From Dehalococcoidia bacterium (lineage in GTDB: Bacteria > Chloroflexota > Dehalococcoidia > Bin125), in contig CAXXNO010000004.1 of the NCBI GenBank assembly GCA_963663235.2, positions 544,001-608,000 on the forward strand: a DNA stretch of 64,000 bases, in the 5' to 3' direction. This document shows, in pieces, positions 49,221-59,006 of the stretch; positions within the stretch are counted from its first letter, which is position 1; every line of letters starts with the position of its first letter. The position numbers were made by a program, and so were the translations under genes. Below the pieces are notes generated by a model. The model was not told where the DNA came from, did not search any database, and saw nothing but the letters and a program-made list of their open reading frames with translations.

Positions 49221-51077
49221 ATGCCCAGTCCAACGACAACCGCGATCGACCAGAGCGCGACGCCCGACGCCGGCAGCCCCAAGGTGCTGCGACGGTTGAT
49301 CCGGTTCGCCGTGCCGTACTGGCCGCGCCTGATCGCGGTGGCGCTGCTGCTGGTCGGCTCGGGCGCCTTCGTCATCGCCGTGCCCGAGTTGGTGAAGTGG
49401 GCCATCGACTCCGGTCTCGGCGTCAAGGTGGGGGACGACACCGTCCGCGTGGCGGTCGATGAGACGCTGCTGGTGGTGGCCGGCCTGGCCATCCTCGGCG
49501 CGGCGGTACTCCGGGGCCTGTCCCAGTTCGGCCAGAGTTATCTGTCGGAATGGGTGGCGCAGCGCGTCGCCTACGACATCCGCAATCGCCTCTATCACCG
49601 CTTGCAGACGCTATCGTTCGCGTACCACGACACTGCGGAGACCGGCCAGATCATGTCGCGCGCGACGCAGGACGTGGAAGTCGTGCGCATGTTCCTGAAC
49701 TTCGGCGGGCTGCGGCTGATCTACGTGATGCTGCTGATGGCCGTGGTGCTGGTCCTCATGCTGGCCACGCACTGGCAACTGGGCCTGGTCGGCTGGGGCT
49801 TCATGGCGCTCATCTGCTGGCGCTCGTTCGTGGTGGCCCGCACCCTGCGGCCCGTCTGGCTGGAAGTCCAGGAGGGACAGGCCCGCCTCGGCGCCGTCTT
49901 GCACGAGGCGCTGACCGGCATCCGCGTGGTCAAAGCGTTCTCGCGCGAGGAGTTCGAGAGTCGGCGCTTTGGGCGCGAGGCCGCCTGGCTGTACGACCGA
50001 TCCTTCCTCGCCAGCCGGATCCAAGCGGTGAACGGCCCCCTGATGACCGGGGTCTGGATGGGCGCGATGGTCGTGACCATCTGGTGGGGCGGCGTCCTGG
50101 TGGCCCAAGGCACTCTCACGCTGGGGGACCTCTCGGCCTTCCTGCTCTACCTGACGCTCTTGCAGGGCCCGGTGCGTAGCCTCGGCTGGATGGTGACCAT
50201 GGTGCCGCGCGCCGCCTCCGCCGGCACGCGCATCTTCGAGATCCTCGATCAGGAGTCGGCGGTCCGTGAGCGACCGGACGCGATGCCGCTGCTCAATCCG
50301 CGCGGCGCCATCCGCTTCGACGACGTGTCCTTCGCCTACGCCGACCGCAGCCCCGTCCTCCACGGCGTCAGCCTTGATGCGCGGCCTGGCGAGCTGATCG
50401 CGCTGCTGGGGCGCACCGGCTCCGGCAAGACCACGATCGTCAACCTGCTCTCGCGCTTCTACGACGTCAGCGCCGGCGCCGTCACCTTCGACGCCATCGA
50501 TGTCCGCGCGCTCCAGCTCGACTCTCTGCGGCGGCGCGTGGCGGTGGTACAGCAGGACGTGTTCCTCTTCCCGGCGACCATCGGCGACAACATCGCCTAC
50601 GGCCGCCCCGACGCGACGCCGGAGGAGGTGGCGGCGGCGGCCAAGGTGGCGCGCATTCACGACTACATCACCACGATGCCGCACGGCTACGACACCTGGG
50701 TGGGGGAGCGGGGCGTGACGCTCTCAGGCGGGCAGCAACAACGGCTGGCCATCGCTCGGGCGCTGCTGATGGACCCGCGGGTTCTGGTCCTGGATGACTC
50801 CACCTCCAGCGTGGATAGCAAAACCGAGTCGGAGATCCAGCAGGCCCTGGCCCTCCTGCGCGAAGGCCGCACGACCTTCGTGATCGCGCACCGGCTGCAT
50901 ACCGTGCGCGACGCCGACCAGATCCTGGTCCTGGATGAGGGCCGCATCGTGGAGCGAGGCCGCCACGCGGAGCTGCTGCGGCGGGACGGCCTCTACCGGC
51001 GGATCTACGACACCGAGCTGCGCGCGCAGGAGACGGTGGACCGAGGGGCGGTCGCTGCCGCCGGGGGGTCGGGCTGA
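49221..51077 (+). CDS. ABC exporter subunit A (TMD+NBD)
   Basis: TM domain, GRTGSGKT, LSGGQ, Walker B LDD (degenerate). Confidence 0.95.
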   Translation: MPSPTTTAIDQSATPDAGSPKVLRRLIRFAVPYWPRLIAVALLLVGSGAFVIAVPELVKWAIDSGLGVKVGDDTVRVAVDETLLVVAGLAILGAAVLRGLSQFGQSYLSEWVAQRVAYDIRNRLYHRLQTLSFAYHDTAETGQIMSRATQDVEVVRMFLNFGGLRLIYVMLLMAVVLVLMLATHWQLGLVGWGFMALICWRSFVVARTLRPVWLEVQEGQARLGAVLHEALTGIRVVKAFSREEFESRRFGREAAWLYDRSFLASRIQAVNGPLMTGVWMGAMVVTIWWGGVLVAQGTLTLGDLSAFLLYLTLLQGPVRSLGWMVTMVPRAASAGTRIFEILDQESAVRERPDAMPLLNPRGAIRFDDVSFAYADRSPVLHGVSLDARPGELIALLGRTGSGKTTIVNLLSRFYDVSAGAVTFDAIDVRALQLDSLRRRVAVVQQDVFLFPATIGDNIAYGRPDATPEEVAAAAKVARIHDYITTMPHGYDTWVGERGVTLSGGQQQRLAIARALLMDPRVLVLDDSTSSVDSKTESEIQQALALLREGRTTFVIAHRLHTVRDADQILVLDEGRIVERGRHAELLRRDGLYRRIYDTELRAQETVDRGAVAAAGGSG

Positions 51078-53008
51078 TGTTCGGCGGGAACATGGCCGGG
51101 GGCTGGTCGAAGGATCTCGGCGGTCGTGGCTGGGGCGGCCAGCGGGAGCATTCGGACCAGTGGGAGGAGAGGCTCGGCTCCGTCTACGATCCGGCGGTCA
51201 CCCGCCGCCTGACGAAGTACCTGCGGCCGCACAAGGGCCTCGCCTTGGTGGCGCTCGTCTCTATGGTGCTGTATGCGGCGGCCTCGTACGTGCAGCCGCT
51301 CTTGATCGCCCTGGCAGTGCGCGATTTCATCGCCCGCGGCAACCTTTCCGGCCTCGCTTGGCTGATGACCGCGCTGATCGCGGTGGTCATCGTGGCCTGG
51401 ACCGCGGAGTTCGTGCGCCAGTGGTCCACGGCGCGCGTGGGGCATTCCATCCTGCTGCGGCTGCGCCGCGAGTTGTTCGACCATCTCCTCTCGCTCTCGC
51501 CCCGGTTCTACGACGAGGCCGAGGTGGGGCGCGTCATGTCGCGGGTCACCTCGGATGTGCAGGTGCTGCAGGAGCTGCTCACGACCGGCGTCTTGACGGT
51601 GATCGCCGACTTCATCGGCCTGGCCATCGTGATCTCGGCGCTCCTGTTCCTCGACTGGCAACTGGCGCTCGTGACCTTCGCGGTCATCCCCGTGCTGGTG
51701 ATCAGCATGCGCGTCTGGTCGCGCCGCGCACGCTCGGCCTTCGTCGACGTGCGCCGGGCGATTGCGGCCGTGAACGGCTCCCTGAACGAAAACCTCAGCG
51801 GCGTGCGCGTGGTGCAGAGTCTCCGCCGCGAGGACGAGAACGCGCGGCGCTTCGACGAGATCAACCGCACCCACCTGGAGGCCAACCGGCGCGCGGGCTG
51901 GCTCTCCGCCTCGGTGCTGCCGCTGGTGGAGGTCCTGACGGCCGTGGCGACGGCCGCGGTGATCATCGTGGCGGGTGTGCGGCTGGCCGATGGCAGCCTG
52001 GACCCCGCGACGGGCGTGGCCGTCGTGGTCGGCTTCACGCTCTACATCCAGCGCTTCTTCGATCCCGTCCGCGACCTGGTGCTCCAGTACACCATGTTCC
52101 AGCGCGCCGTCGCCGGCGCCGAGCGCATCTTCCAGGTGCTCGATACGCTTCCCGCCATCGTCGACCGCCCCGGCGCGGTCGATCCCGCCGACATCCGCGG
52201 CGAGGTTGAGTTCCGCAACGTCTCCCTCTCCTACGTGCCCGGGGTGGAGGTGCTCCACAACATCCGCCTGCACGTGCAACCCGGCGAGACGGTGGCGATC
52301 GTGGGGCCGACGGGAGCCGGCAAGACGTCGTTGACCGCGCTCATCGCCCGCAACTACGACGTCAGCGCGGGCGCCGTCCTGGTCGACGGCCACGAGGTGC
52401 GCGAGATCCGCCGTCGCGCCTTGACCGGCCGCATGGGGGTGGTCTTGCAGGAGCCGTTCCTCTTCTCCGGCACAGTGCGGGAGAACATCCGCTACGGCCG
52501 CCTCGACGCGACGCAGACCGACGTCGAGGACGCGGCCCGCGCGGTCGGCGCGCACGACTGGATCCGCCGCCTGCCGGACGGGTACGACACCTACCTGCAC
52601 GAGCGCGGGCAGAACCTCTCCGTGGGCCAGCGCCAGCTGCTTGCCTTCGCGCGGGCGGTGATCGCCGACCCGCGCATCCTGATCCTGGATGAGGCCACCG
52701 CCAACGTGGACTCCGAGACGGAGGCCTTGATCCAGCGCGCCCTGCGCCGCATCCTCCCGGGCCGCACGTCGTTCGTCATCGCGCATCGCCTCAGCACGAT
52801 CCGCGACGCCGACCGCGTGCTGGTGATGCAGGAAGGCCGCATCGTCGAGTCCGGCACGCACGACGAGTTGCTGGCGGCCGGCGGCCTCTACGCGGAGCTG
52901 TACCGCCTCACCTACGCGGACCAGGAGCAACAGACCTTCGACGACAGCGAAGCGCTGGCCATCCTCCGCCGGCTGCATCAGCGCACCGCGCCGCAGCCGT
53001 CCGGCTAG
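51077..53008 (+). CDS. ABC exporter subunit B (TMD+NBD)
   Basis: [28 protein letters not shown] coupling and asymmetric motifs fit a heterodimeric exporter. Confidence 0.95.
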   Translation: MFGGNMAGGWSKDLGGRGWGGQREHSDQWEERLGSVYDPAVTRRLTKYLRPHKGLALVALVSMVLYAAASYVQPLLIALAVRDFIARGNLSGLAWLMTALIAVVIVAWTAEFVRQWSTARVGHSILLRLRRELFDHLLSLSPRFYDEAEVGRVMSRVTSDVQVLQELLTTGVLTVIADFIGLAIVISALLFLDWQLALVTFAVIPVLVISMRVWSRRARSAFVDVRRAIAAVNGSLNENLSGVRVVQSLRREDENARRFDEINRTHLEANRRAGWLSASVLPLVEVLTAVATAAVIIVAGVRLADGSLDPATGVAVVVGFTLYIQRFFDPVRDLVLQYTMFQRAVAGAERIFQVLDTLPAIVDRPGAVDPADIRGEVEFRNVSLSYVPGVEVLHNIRLHVQPGETVAIVGPTGAGKTSLTALIARNYDVSAGAVLVDGHEVREIRRRALTGRMGVVLQEPFLFSGTVRENIRYGRLDATQTDVEDAARAVGAHDWIRRLPDGYDTYLHERGQNLSVGQRQLLAFARAVIADPRILILDEATANVDSETEALIQRALRRILPGRTSFVIAHRLSTIRDADRVLVMQEGRIVESGTHDELLAAGGLYAELYRLTYADQEQQTFDDSEALAILRRLHQRTAPQPSG

Positions 53009-54096
53009 GCGGGCGGCGAGTCGGATCCGTCGCCGCCGGGCGGCCCCGCCGCGAACAGCGACGGCTGCCCTCCTGCGCCGGGCGCTGCGACTCCGAGGTA
53101 CTCGAATGCGGCCCGCGTCGCCACCCGCCCGCGCGGCGTGCGCTGGAGGAACCCGAGCTGGAGCAGGTAGGGCTCGTAGACGTCCATGACGGTGTCCGCC
53201 TCCTCCGCGATGGAGGAGGCCAGTGTCTCCAGTCCCACCGGCCCGCCCTCGAACCGCTCCACGAGCGCCTGCAAAAGGGCGCGGTCGCGGTTGTCCAAGC
53301 CCAGACTGTCGATCTCCAGCCGCACGAGCGCCTCTTCCGCCACCGCCTCCGTGATGGACCCCGCCGCCCGTACCTCCGCGTAGTCACGGGCCCGGCGTAA
53401 TAGGCGATTGGCCACCCGGGGCGTTCCGCGGGACCGCTCGGCCAGGAGTTGGGCGCCTTCCTCGCTGATGGGGACGCGGAGTTTGGCGGCGTTGGCCCGC
53501 ACAATCTCCCGCAGGTCGTCGGGCGAGTAGAAGTCCACGCGATGCACCGCGCCGAAGCGGTCGCGCAGCGGCGCGCTCAGGAGCGCGTAGCGGGTCGTGG
53601 CGGCGATCAGCGTGAACGGCTCAATGGCCAGACGCACGCTGCGCGCCCCGGGCCCCTTGCCGATCACCAGATCCAGCGCGAAGTCCTCCATCACCGGGTA
53701 CAGCACTTCCTCCACGCCGTGCGGCAGCCGATGGCACTCGTCGATGAAGAGCACGTCACCCGCTTGCAGCGAGGTGAGGATGCTGGCGAGATCGCCTGGG
53801 CGGGTGATGGCGGGGCCGGAGGTCGGCCGCAGGTTGACGCCCATCTCCGCCGCCACGATGGCCGCCAGCGTGGTCTTGCCCAGCCCCGGCGGGCCGTAGA
53901 ACAGCAGGTGGTCGACGGGATCGCCGCGCCCCTTGGCCGCCGCGATGGCGATCATCAGCGACTCTTTGATCGACGGCAGCCCGACGAACTCGTCCAGACG
54001 GCGGGGCCGCAGCGAACGCCCGGGCGCTTCCTCGTCCTCAGATTGGCGCTCCGGGGCCACGATCCGTTCGCCGGGCTCTCCTCGCTCGCCGCTCAT
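53005..54096 (-). CDS. ruvB: Holliday junction branch migration helicase RuvB
   Basis: [46 protein letters not shown]. Confidence 0.97.
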   Translation of the reverse strand: MSGERGEPGERIVAPERQSEDEEAPGRSLRPRRLDEFVGLPSIKESLMIAIAAAKGRGDPVDHLLFYGPPGLGKTTLAAIVAAEMGVNLRPTSGPAITRPGDLASILTSLQAGDVLFIDECHRLPHGVEEVLYPVMEDFALDLVIGKGPGARSVRLAIEPFTLIAATTRYALLSAPLRDRFGAVHRVDFYSPDDLREIVRANAAKLRVPISEEGAQLLAERSRGTPRVANRLLRRARDYAEVRAAGSITEAVAEEALVRLEIDSLGLDNRDRALLQALVERFEGGPVGLETLASSIAEEADTVMDVYEPYLLQLGFLQRTPRGRVATRAAFEYLGVAAPGAGGQPSLFAAGPPGGDGSDSPPA

Positions 54097-54172
54097 AGGC
54101 GAACTATACACGCACAAGTGTTCGATTCTAGGATGGCGGCCCCGCCGCGCTGCGCCCCCGCCGTATTGCGAT

Positions 54173-54784
54173 TTAGCGCGCGGCGCGCGCCATCAGGAGT
54201 GCGTTCCGCGCCTCCAGGCCCGAGGGGTGGACCAGCCGTCCCGCGCTGAGGTGCGCCGCCAGGTCCCGCTCCAGGAAGCTGAGCAAGGCGCTCTCGGGAT
54301 CCGACTCCGCCAGGTCGCGCACGGCCCGCAGGTCGGGATCCGCCGCGAGCTTCTCTGGCTCGATCTTGTCGGCCAGGAAGACGGTCGTGGCCAGCAGTGA
54401 CATGCCGGGATGCGCGGTGGTGTGCCAGTGCATCGCCTCCAGCACCTCGGCGTCCTCGATCGACCAGGCCTGACGCGCCGTCGCTGCTGCCACCGGGCCG
54501 TGCAGCAGCAACGGCTTGGCCCGTTCCACGGGACCAATCGGGAGCCCCAGCCCTTCGGCGGCGCGCAGCAGCTCCGCGTCGCTCTGGGCGCGGAAGAGGT
54601 CGTGCCCCCAGGCGGCCGCCGCGACCCGATCCGGATCCAGCTCGTAGCGCTGCGCCAGACGACGCGCTTCGCTCACCACCCGGCCCAGGTGTCCGCGCAG
54701 CCAGTCGGGGAGATCCTGTGCCCGCGCCCGCATCGCCTCCGCGGCGGCGCAATCGGCGGTCGACGCCGCCTCGGCCTTGCTCAT
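54173..54784 (-). CDS. yqeK: HD-domain bis(5'-nucleosyl)-tetraphosphatase YqeK
   Basis: H...[20 protein letters not shown]. Confidence 0.85.
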   Translation of the reverse strand: MSKAEAASTADCAAAEAMRARAQDLPDWLRGHLGRVVSEARRLAQRYELDPDRVAAAAWGHDLFRAQSDAELLRAAEGLGLPIGPVERAKPLLLHGPVAAATARQAWSIEDAEVLEAMHWHTTAHPGMSLLATTVFLADKIEPEKLAADPDLRAVRDLAESDPESALLSFLERDLAAHLSAGRLVHPSGLEARNALLMARAAR

Positions 54785-55128
54785 CCCTCGGGACCCAGCC
54801 GCCGCCCGCCCAGGAGGTGCAGATGGAGATGATCGATCGTCATTCCCGCGGCCTCGCCGACGTTGAAGGCCAGGCGGTAGCCGTCCTCATAGACTCCCTC
54901 CAGCCGAGCCGCCGCGTTGGCCCGGTCGAAGAGGTGGCCCAGCAGGTCGCCGTGCGCCGGGGTGAGCGCCTTCGCCGACTCGATGTGCTGCTTGGGGATG
55001 AGCAGCACGTGGACCGGCGCGCGGGGGTTGATGTCCCGCACGGCCAGCACGTGCTCGTCGTCGATCAGCGGCTCGGTCGGGATCTCCCCGGCCACCATTC
55101 GGCAGAACAGACAGTCCGGCTCGGTCAT
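54781..55128 (-). CDS. Histidine triad nucleotide-binding protein
   Basis: DCLFC, DINPRAPVHVLLIPK, HLHLHLLGGR. Confidence 0.94.
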   Translation of the reverse strand: MTEPDCLFCRMVAGEIPTEPLIDDEHVLAVRDINPRAPVHVLLIPKQHIESAKALTPAHGDLLGHLFDRANAAARLEGVYEDGYRLAFNVGEAAGMTIDHLHLHLLGGRRLGPEG

Positions 55129-55278
55129 GGCGCTGCCTTTGGCGACGGCCGCCTGTGCTCTCGCGGGAGCCTACCGGCGCCCCGATGCCCGGTCCAGCGC
55201 CGGGTCCAGCGCCGCGCCGGGTTCAGGGGCGCGCCCGGCGTCGCGAAGCCCGCCCCGCCCGCTCGATCACAACAGCAG

Positions 55279-55306
55279 CGAGGCCCGGTCGCAAGACCGG
55301 GCCTCG
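55279..55306 (-). terminator. 12-bp hairpin downstream of the acyl-CoA dehydrogenase
   Basis: CGAGGCCCGGTC-GCAA-GACCGGGCCTCG. Confidence 0.7.
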
Positions 55307-55366
55307 TCTTGTGCTGGCCACCCCGCCACCAAACGGGTCTGCCGGCCACTGGACGCGAATACTACT

Positions 55367-56497
55367 TCAGATGCCCAAGAGATCGGCGACCCGCTCGCGG
55401 TGGTAGTCGCCGTCGCCCCACATCAGCTCCGCCATCTTTTGCCGCCGGAAGAACAACTGGATCTTGTACTCCTTGGTGAAGCCGATGCCCCCGTGGATCT
55501 GCTGTCCATCCGCCACCACTCGGCGGCTGGCGTCGGAGCACCAGGCCTTGGCCATGCTCACCTGCAGGTCCTGGTCCGGCTCCTCTTCGCTCACCGCCCA
55601 GGCGGCGCGGTACATGATGAAGCGCGCGGCGTCGACGTCTGTGACCATGTTCGCCGCCTTGTGCTGGATCGCCTGGAACGACCCGATCGGGCGGTCGAAC
55701 TGCACCCGCTCCTTGGCGTAGTCCAGGCTGATCTCGAAGTCGCGCTGCGCCAGCCCCACCAGGTAGGCGCAGTAGGCCACCGTCGCCCGTCGACGGAGCG
55801 GCGTCATGATCGCCCAGCCCTGGCCTTCCGCCCCCAGCAGCGCCGTCGACGGCACGCGCACGTTGTCGAACTGCACTTCGCACTGCTTGTCGGCGGCGAT
55901 GGTCTTCAGCACCGTCGTGCTGATGCCGGGCGCTTTGCCGTCGACCAGGAAGAGCGAGATGCCCTCCTCCCCCTGCCCGCCGCTGCGGGCCACCACCACC
56001 ATCGTGTCTGCGACGTGTGCATCGGGGACGAAGAGCTTGGTGCCGTTGAGCACGTAGTTGCTCCCCTCACGGGTGGCGCGCAACGTGACTCCGTCGGCGT
56101 CGAAACGGGCGGACGGTTCGGTGAAGGCGAGCGTCAGTACGCGATCGCCGCTCGCGACCGGCGGCAAGATCGCCTGCTTTTGCTCCTCGCTGCCCGCTTC
56201 GATCACCGGCACCGCGCCGAGCACGGCGGTGCTGATGAACGGGCCGGGGACCAGCGCGCGGCCGAACTCCTCCAGCAGCACGCATAGGTCCAGGAAGCGC
56301 ATGCCGGTGCCGCCGTACGGCTCGGGGATGATCAGCCCCTGCCACCCCTGGCGGGCCATGCCCTGCCAGAGCGCGTCGGTGTACCCGCGCTCATCCTCTT
56401 CCATCTCCCGCACGAGCTTCTCCGGGCACTCCTTCTCCAGGAAGTCGCGGGCGAAGTTCTTGAGCAGCTCTTGCTCTTCCGAGAGACCCAGGTCCAT
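55367..56497 (-). CDS. Acyl-CoA dehydrogenase family protein
   Basis: MDLGLSEEQ, LAFTEP, LNGTKLFV, YAKERVQFDRPIGSFQAIQH, QIHGGIGFT. Confidence 0.94.
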   Translation of the reverse strand: MDLGLSEEQELLKNFARDFLEKECPEKLVREMEEDERGYTDALWQGMARQGWQGLIIPEPYGGTGMRFLDLCVLLEEFGRALVPGPFISTAVLGAVPVIEAGSEEQKQAILPPVASGDRVLTLAFTEPSARFDADGVTLRATREGSNYVLNGTKLFVPDAHVADTMVVVARSGGQGEEGISLFLVDGKAPGISTTVLKTIAADKQCEVQFDNVRVPSTALLGAEGQGWAIMTPLRRRATVAYCAYLVGLAQRDFEISLDYAKERVQFDRPIGSFQAIQHKAANMVTDVDAARFIMYRAAWAVSEEEPDQDLQVSMAKAWCSDASRRVVADGQQIHGGIGFTKEYKIQLFFRRQKMAELMWGDGDYHRERVADLLGI

Positions 56498-56654
56498 GAT
56501 CCGCCCTGCCGTTCGCTCTTGCTGTTCCACGGTCCGGCTCGATGCCAGCGGAGGTTAGTCGATCCCGCCGGGCGCGGCCAGCCACGGCGATCGCGATGGG
56601 CTAGCATGCGCCTCGCCCGTCCGCCCCTCGATGCAGCGACGGAGGAGCCTTCTC

Positions 56655-57379
56655 GTGCCACCGCTCTTCGACTTCGGCGGGCGTCGCGTCATCGTCTACG
56701 GCGTCGATGCGCCGCTCGGCAAGGCGATCGCCGCTGCCATGCGCGCGGCCGGCGCGACCGTCGCGATGACGAGCAGCAGCACGGACGGGAATGCGCTCTT
56801 GGCCATGAAGCGCGCGGCGGCCGGAGGCCCCGCGGAGGCCGTGGACTTGAGCAACGCCACCAACGTGCAGGTCGCAACGAAGAAGCTCCAGAAGGCGCTG
56901 GGCGGCCTCGACGTCGCGGTGGCGGTGATCGACGCCGCCCGCCACCCGGCGGCGTTGCCCGACGTGTTCCGCAGCGCCTCGCGGGAGATCGCTCGCAAGG
57001 GCGAGGACGGACGCTTGCTCGCCGCTTGCTCTCCGAGTCGGACGTGCTCTCCGAGTCGGACGCGCTCTCCGAGTCGAACGCGACCGCCCTGCCCGCTCTG
57101 CTGCAATCCCTGGAGCGCGCGTCCGGCTCGACCGTCAACGTGGTGCTCGTGCGCTCGCTGGGCGCCGCGGCGGGGGCGGAGGTTTCTGCCGGCGACCCGG
57201 TGCTCCGCGCCATCCCGATACAGTCGGCCGCGACGCCGGACGATGTCGCGCAGCTGGCGCTCTACCTCTGCTCCGCCGCCGGCGCCGGCATCGACGGCCA
57301 AGTGCTGACCGTGGAGGGCGGCGCGCTCGGCCGCCTCGACACAAGGATCGACGCCAACATCGACGGAGGAACGCAATGA
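56655..57379 (+). pseudogene. Atypical SDR-like gene, frameshifted near 57025
   Basis: GGAGGAG RBS plus GTG 56655. SDR N-half is in the frame of ORF 56631; SDR C-half (PDDVAQLALYLCS...IDGQVLTVEGG) is in the frame of ORF 56471. Could be a sequencing indel. Confidence 0.65.
57027..57080 (+). repeat. 18-nt tandem repeat x3
   Basis: TGCTCTCCGAGTCGGACG / TGCTCTCCGAGTCGGACG / CGCTCTCCGAGTCGAACG (encodes LSESDx). Confidence 0.9.
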
Positions 57380-58188
57380 CCGTGCTGGATCGCATGCGCC
57401 TCGATGACCGGGTGGCCATCGTGACTGGGGCGGGCCGCGGCCTGGGCCGGGCGATGGCCCTCGCCTTCGCCGACGCCGGCGCGAACGTGGTCTGCGCGGC
57501 CCGCACGCTGGAGCAGATCGAAGACACCGCGACCGAGGTGCGCGCCCGCGGCGGCCGGGCCCTGGCGATCCCCACCGACGTTACGGATGTCGCCCAGGTC
57601 AACGCGATGGTGGAGCGCACCGTTGCGGAGTTCGGCCGCATCGACGTCCTCATCGGCAACGCCGGCGGCCGCACCAAAGCCGACAACCGCCCCCTCCACG
57701 AGATCGACGACGCCGACTGGCGCCACGGCATCGACACCAACTTGACCTCGATCGTCTCCAGCGTTCGCGCCGTCGTGCCCCACATGCTCCGGCAGGGCCG
57801 CGGCAAGATCCTGATCAACGCCTCGGGGCTGGGGCTGCGCGGAAACCGCAACCTCAACATGTACTGCGCGGGGAAGGCGGCGGCGATCAATCTCACCCGC
57901 AGCCTGGCGCTGACCTACGGGCCCCAGGGCATCCAGGTGAACGCGCTGGCCACCGGCCTCTTTTTCCAGACCGAGGCGGCGGCGGCCCGCTGGAGCGGCG
58001 GACTCTACATCCCTGTCGGCCGCTCCGGTTCGTCCTGGGAGATCGGCCCGCTGGCGCTGTACCTCTGCTCCGACGCCGCCTCAGGCGTCAACGGCGCGGC
58101 CGTGCTGATCGACGGCGGCGGGCTCGCGGGCGGGGTGGCGCCGGTCGGCTTCGCCCCGCGGATCCCCCTGCCGGGGGGCTCGGCATGA
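57376..58188 (+). CDS. Short-chain dehydrogenase/reductase
   Basis: TGAGRGLG, GNAG, YCAGK. Confidence 0.94.
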   Translation: MTVLDRMRLDDRVAIVTGAGRGLGRAMALAFADAGANVVCAARTLEQIEDTATEVRARGGRALAIPTDVTDVAQVNAMVERTVAEFGRIDVLIGNAGGRTKADNRPLHEIDDADWRHGIDTNLTSIVSSVRAVVPHMLRQGRGKILINASGLGLRGNRNLNMYCAGKAAAINLTRSLALTYGPQGIQVNALATGLFFQTEAAAARWSGGLYIPVGRSGSSWEIGPLALYLCSDAASGVNGAAVLIDGGGLAGGVAPVGFAPRIPLPGGSA

Positions 58189-59003
58189 CCCCCGACGCAG
58201 ACGCCGACGCCCGCACCCCCGCGCCAGAGCAGCCGCAGCGCATGTTCGACCTCGGCGGCCGCACGGCGCTGGTGGTGGGCGCGGGCCGCCCGCTGGGAGG
58301 CGCCATCGCCCTCGCGCTGGCCGAGGCCGGCGCCGATGTCGCCGTGGCCGGGCTCACCGCCATCGAGGGCGAGAAGTTCCAGGTCGCCTCGGCGGCCAAC
58401 CAGATCTGGGCGCTGGGACGGCGCAACATGGTGCTGGAGATGGCCGCCACCGACGCCGCCGGCGTCGCGACCGGCGTCCAGCGGGTCGACGACGCCTGGG
58501 GCCGCATCGACGTCCTCGTCAACGCCCAGGACTTGGTCTTTGCCATGCCCTTGGACCAGACCGGCCTGAGCGATTGGGAAAAAACCGTCGCCGGCAACCT
58601 CACCTCGGTCTTCCTCACCTGTCAGGCGGCGGGACGGGTGATGCTGCGCGGGGGCTACGGCCGCGTCATCAACGTCGTCTCGCTCCCCGGCGAGCGCGGC
58701 GTGGCCAACATGGCCGCCTACGCCGCCGCCAAGGGCGGCGTGCTGGCGCTGACCCGCACCCTGGCGATCGAGTGGGCCAAGACGGGCGTCACCGCCAACG
58801 CAGTCCTCCTCGGCTGGTACGAGGAGCAGGCCGGCATCGCCGACAACCCGGAGTACGTCGCCGCGCTGACCAAGATGCTGCCCTCCCGCTCCCTGGTGAA
58901 AGGCGACGACGCCGCGGCCCTCTGCGTCATGCTCGCCGCCGACAGCGGCTACATGACCGGGACCACCTTCACCCTCGACGGCGCCGCCACATCGCGCATC
59001 TAG
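58185..59003 (+). CDS. Short-chain dehydrogenase/reductase
   Basis: GAGRPLG, DVLVN, YAAAK. Confidence 0.93.
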   Translation: MTPDADADARTPAPEQPQRMFDLGGRTALVVGAGRPLGGAIALALAEAGADVAVAGLTAIEGEKFQVASAANQIWALGRRNMVLEMAATDAAGVATGVQRVDDAWGRIDVLVNAQDLVFAMPLDQTGLSDWEKTVAGNLTSVFLTCQAAGRVMLRGGYGRVINVVSLPGERGVANMAAYAAAKGGVLALTRTLAIEWAKTGVTANAVLLGWYEEQAGIADNPEYVAALTKMLPSRSLVKGDDAAALCVMLAADSGYMTGTTFTLDGAATSRI

Positions 59004-59006
59004 CGC

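Noticed and set aside
55191-55213. Short duplication GGTCCAGCGCC x2
   Set aside because: Only two copies in GC-rich intergenic DNA; no evident function.
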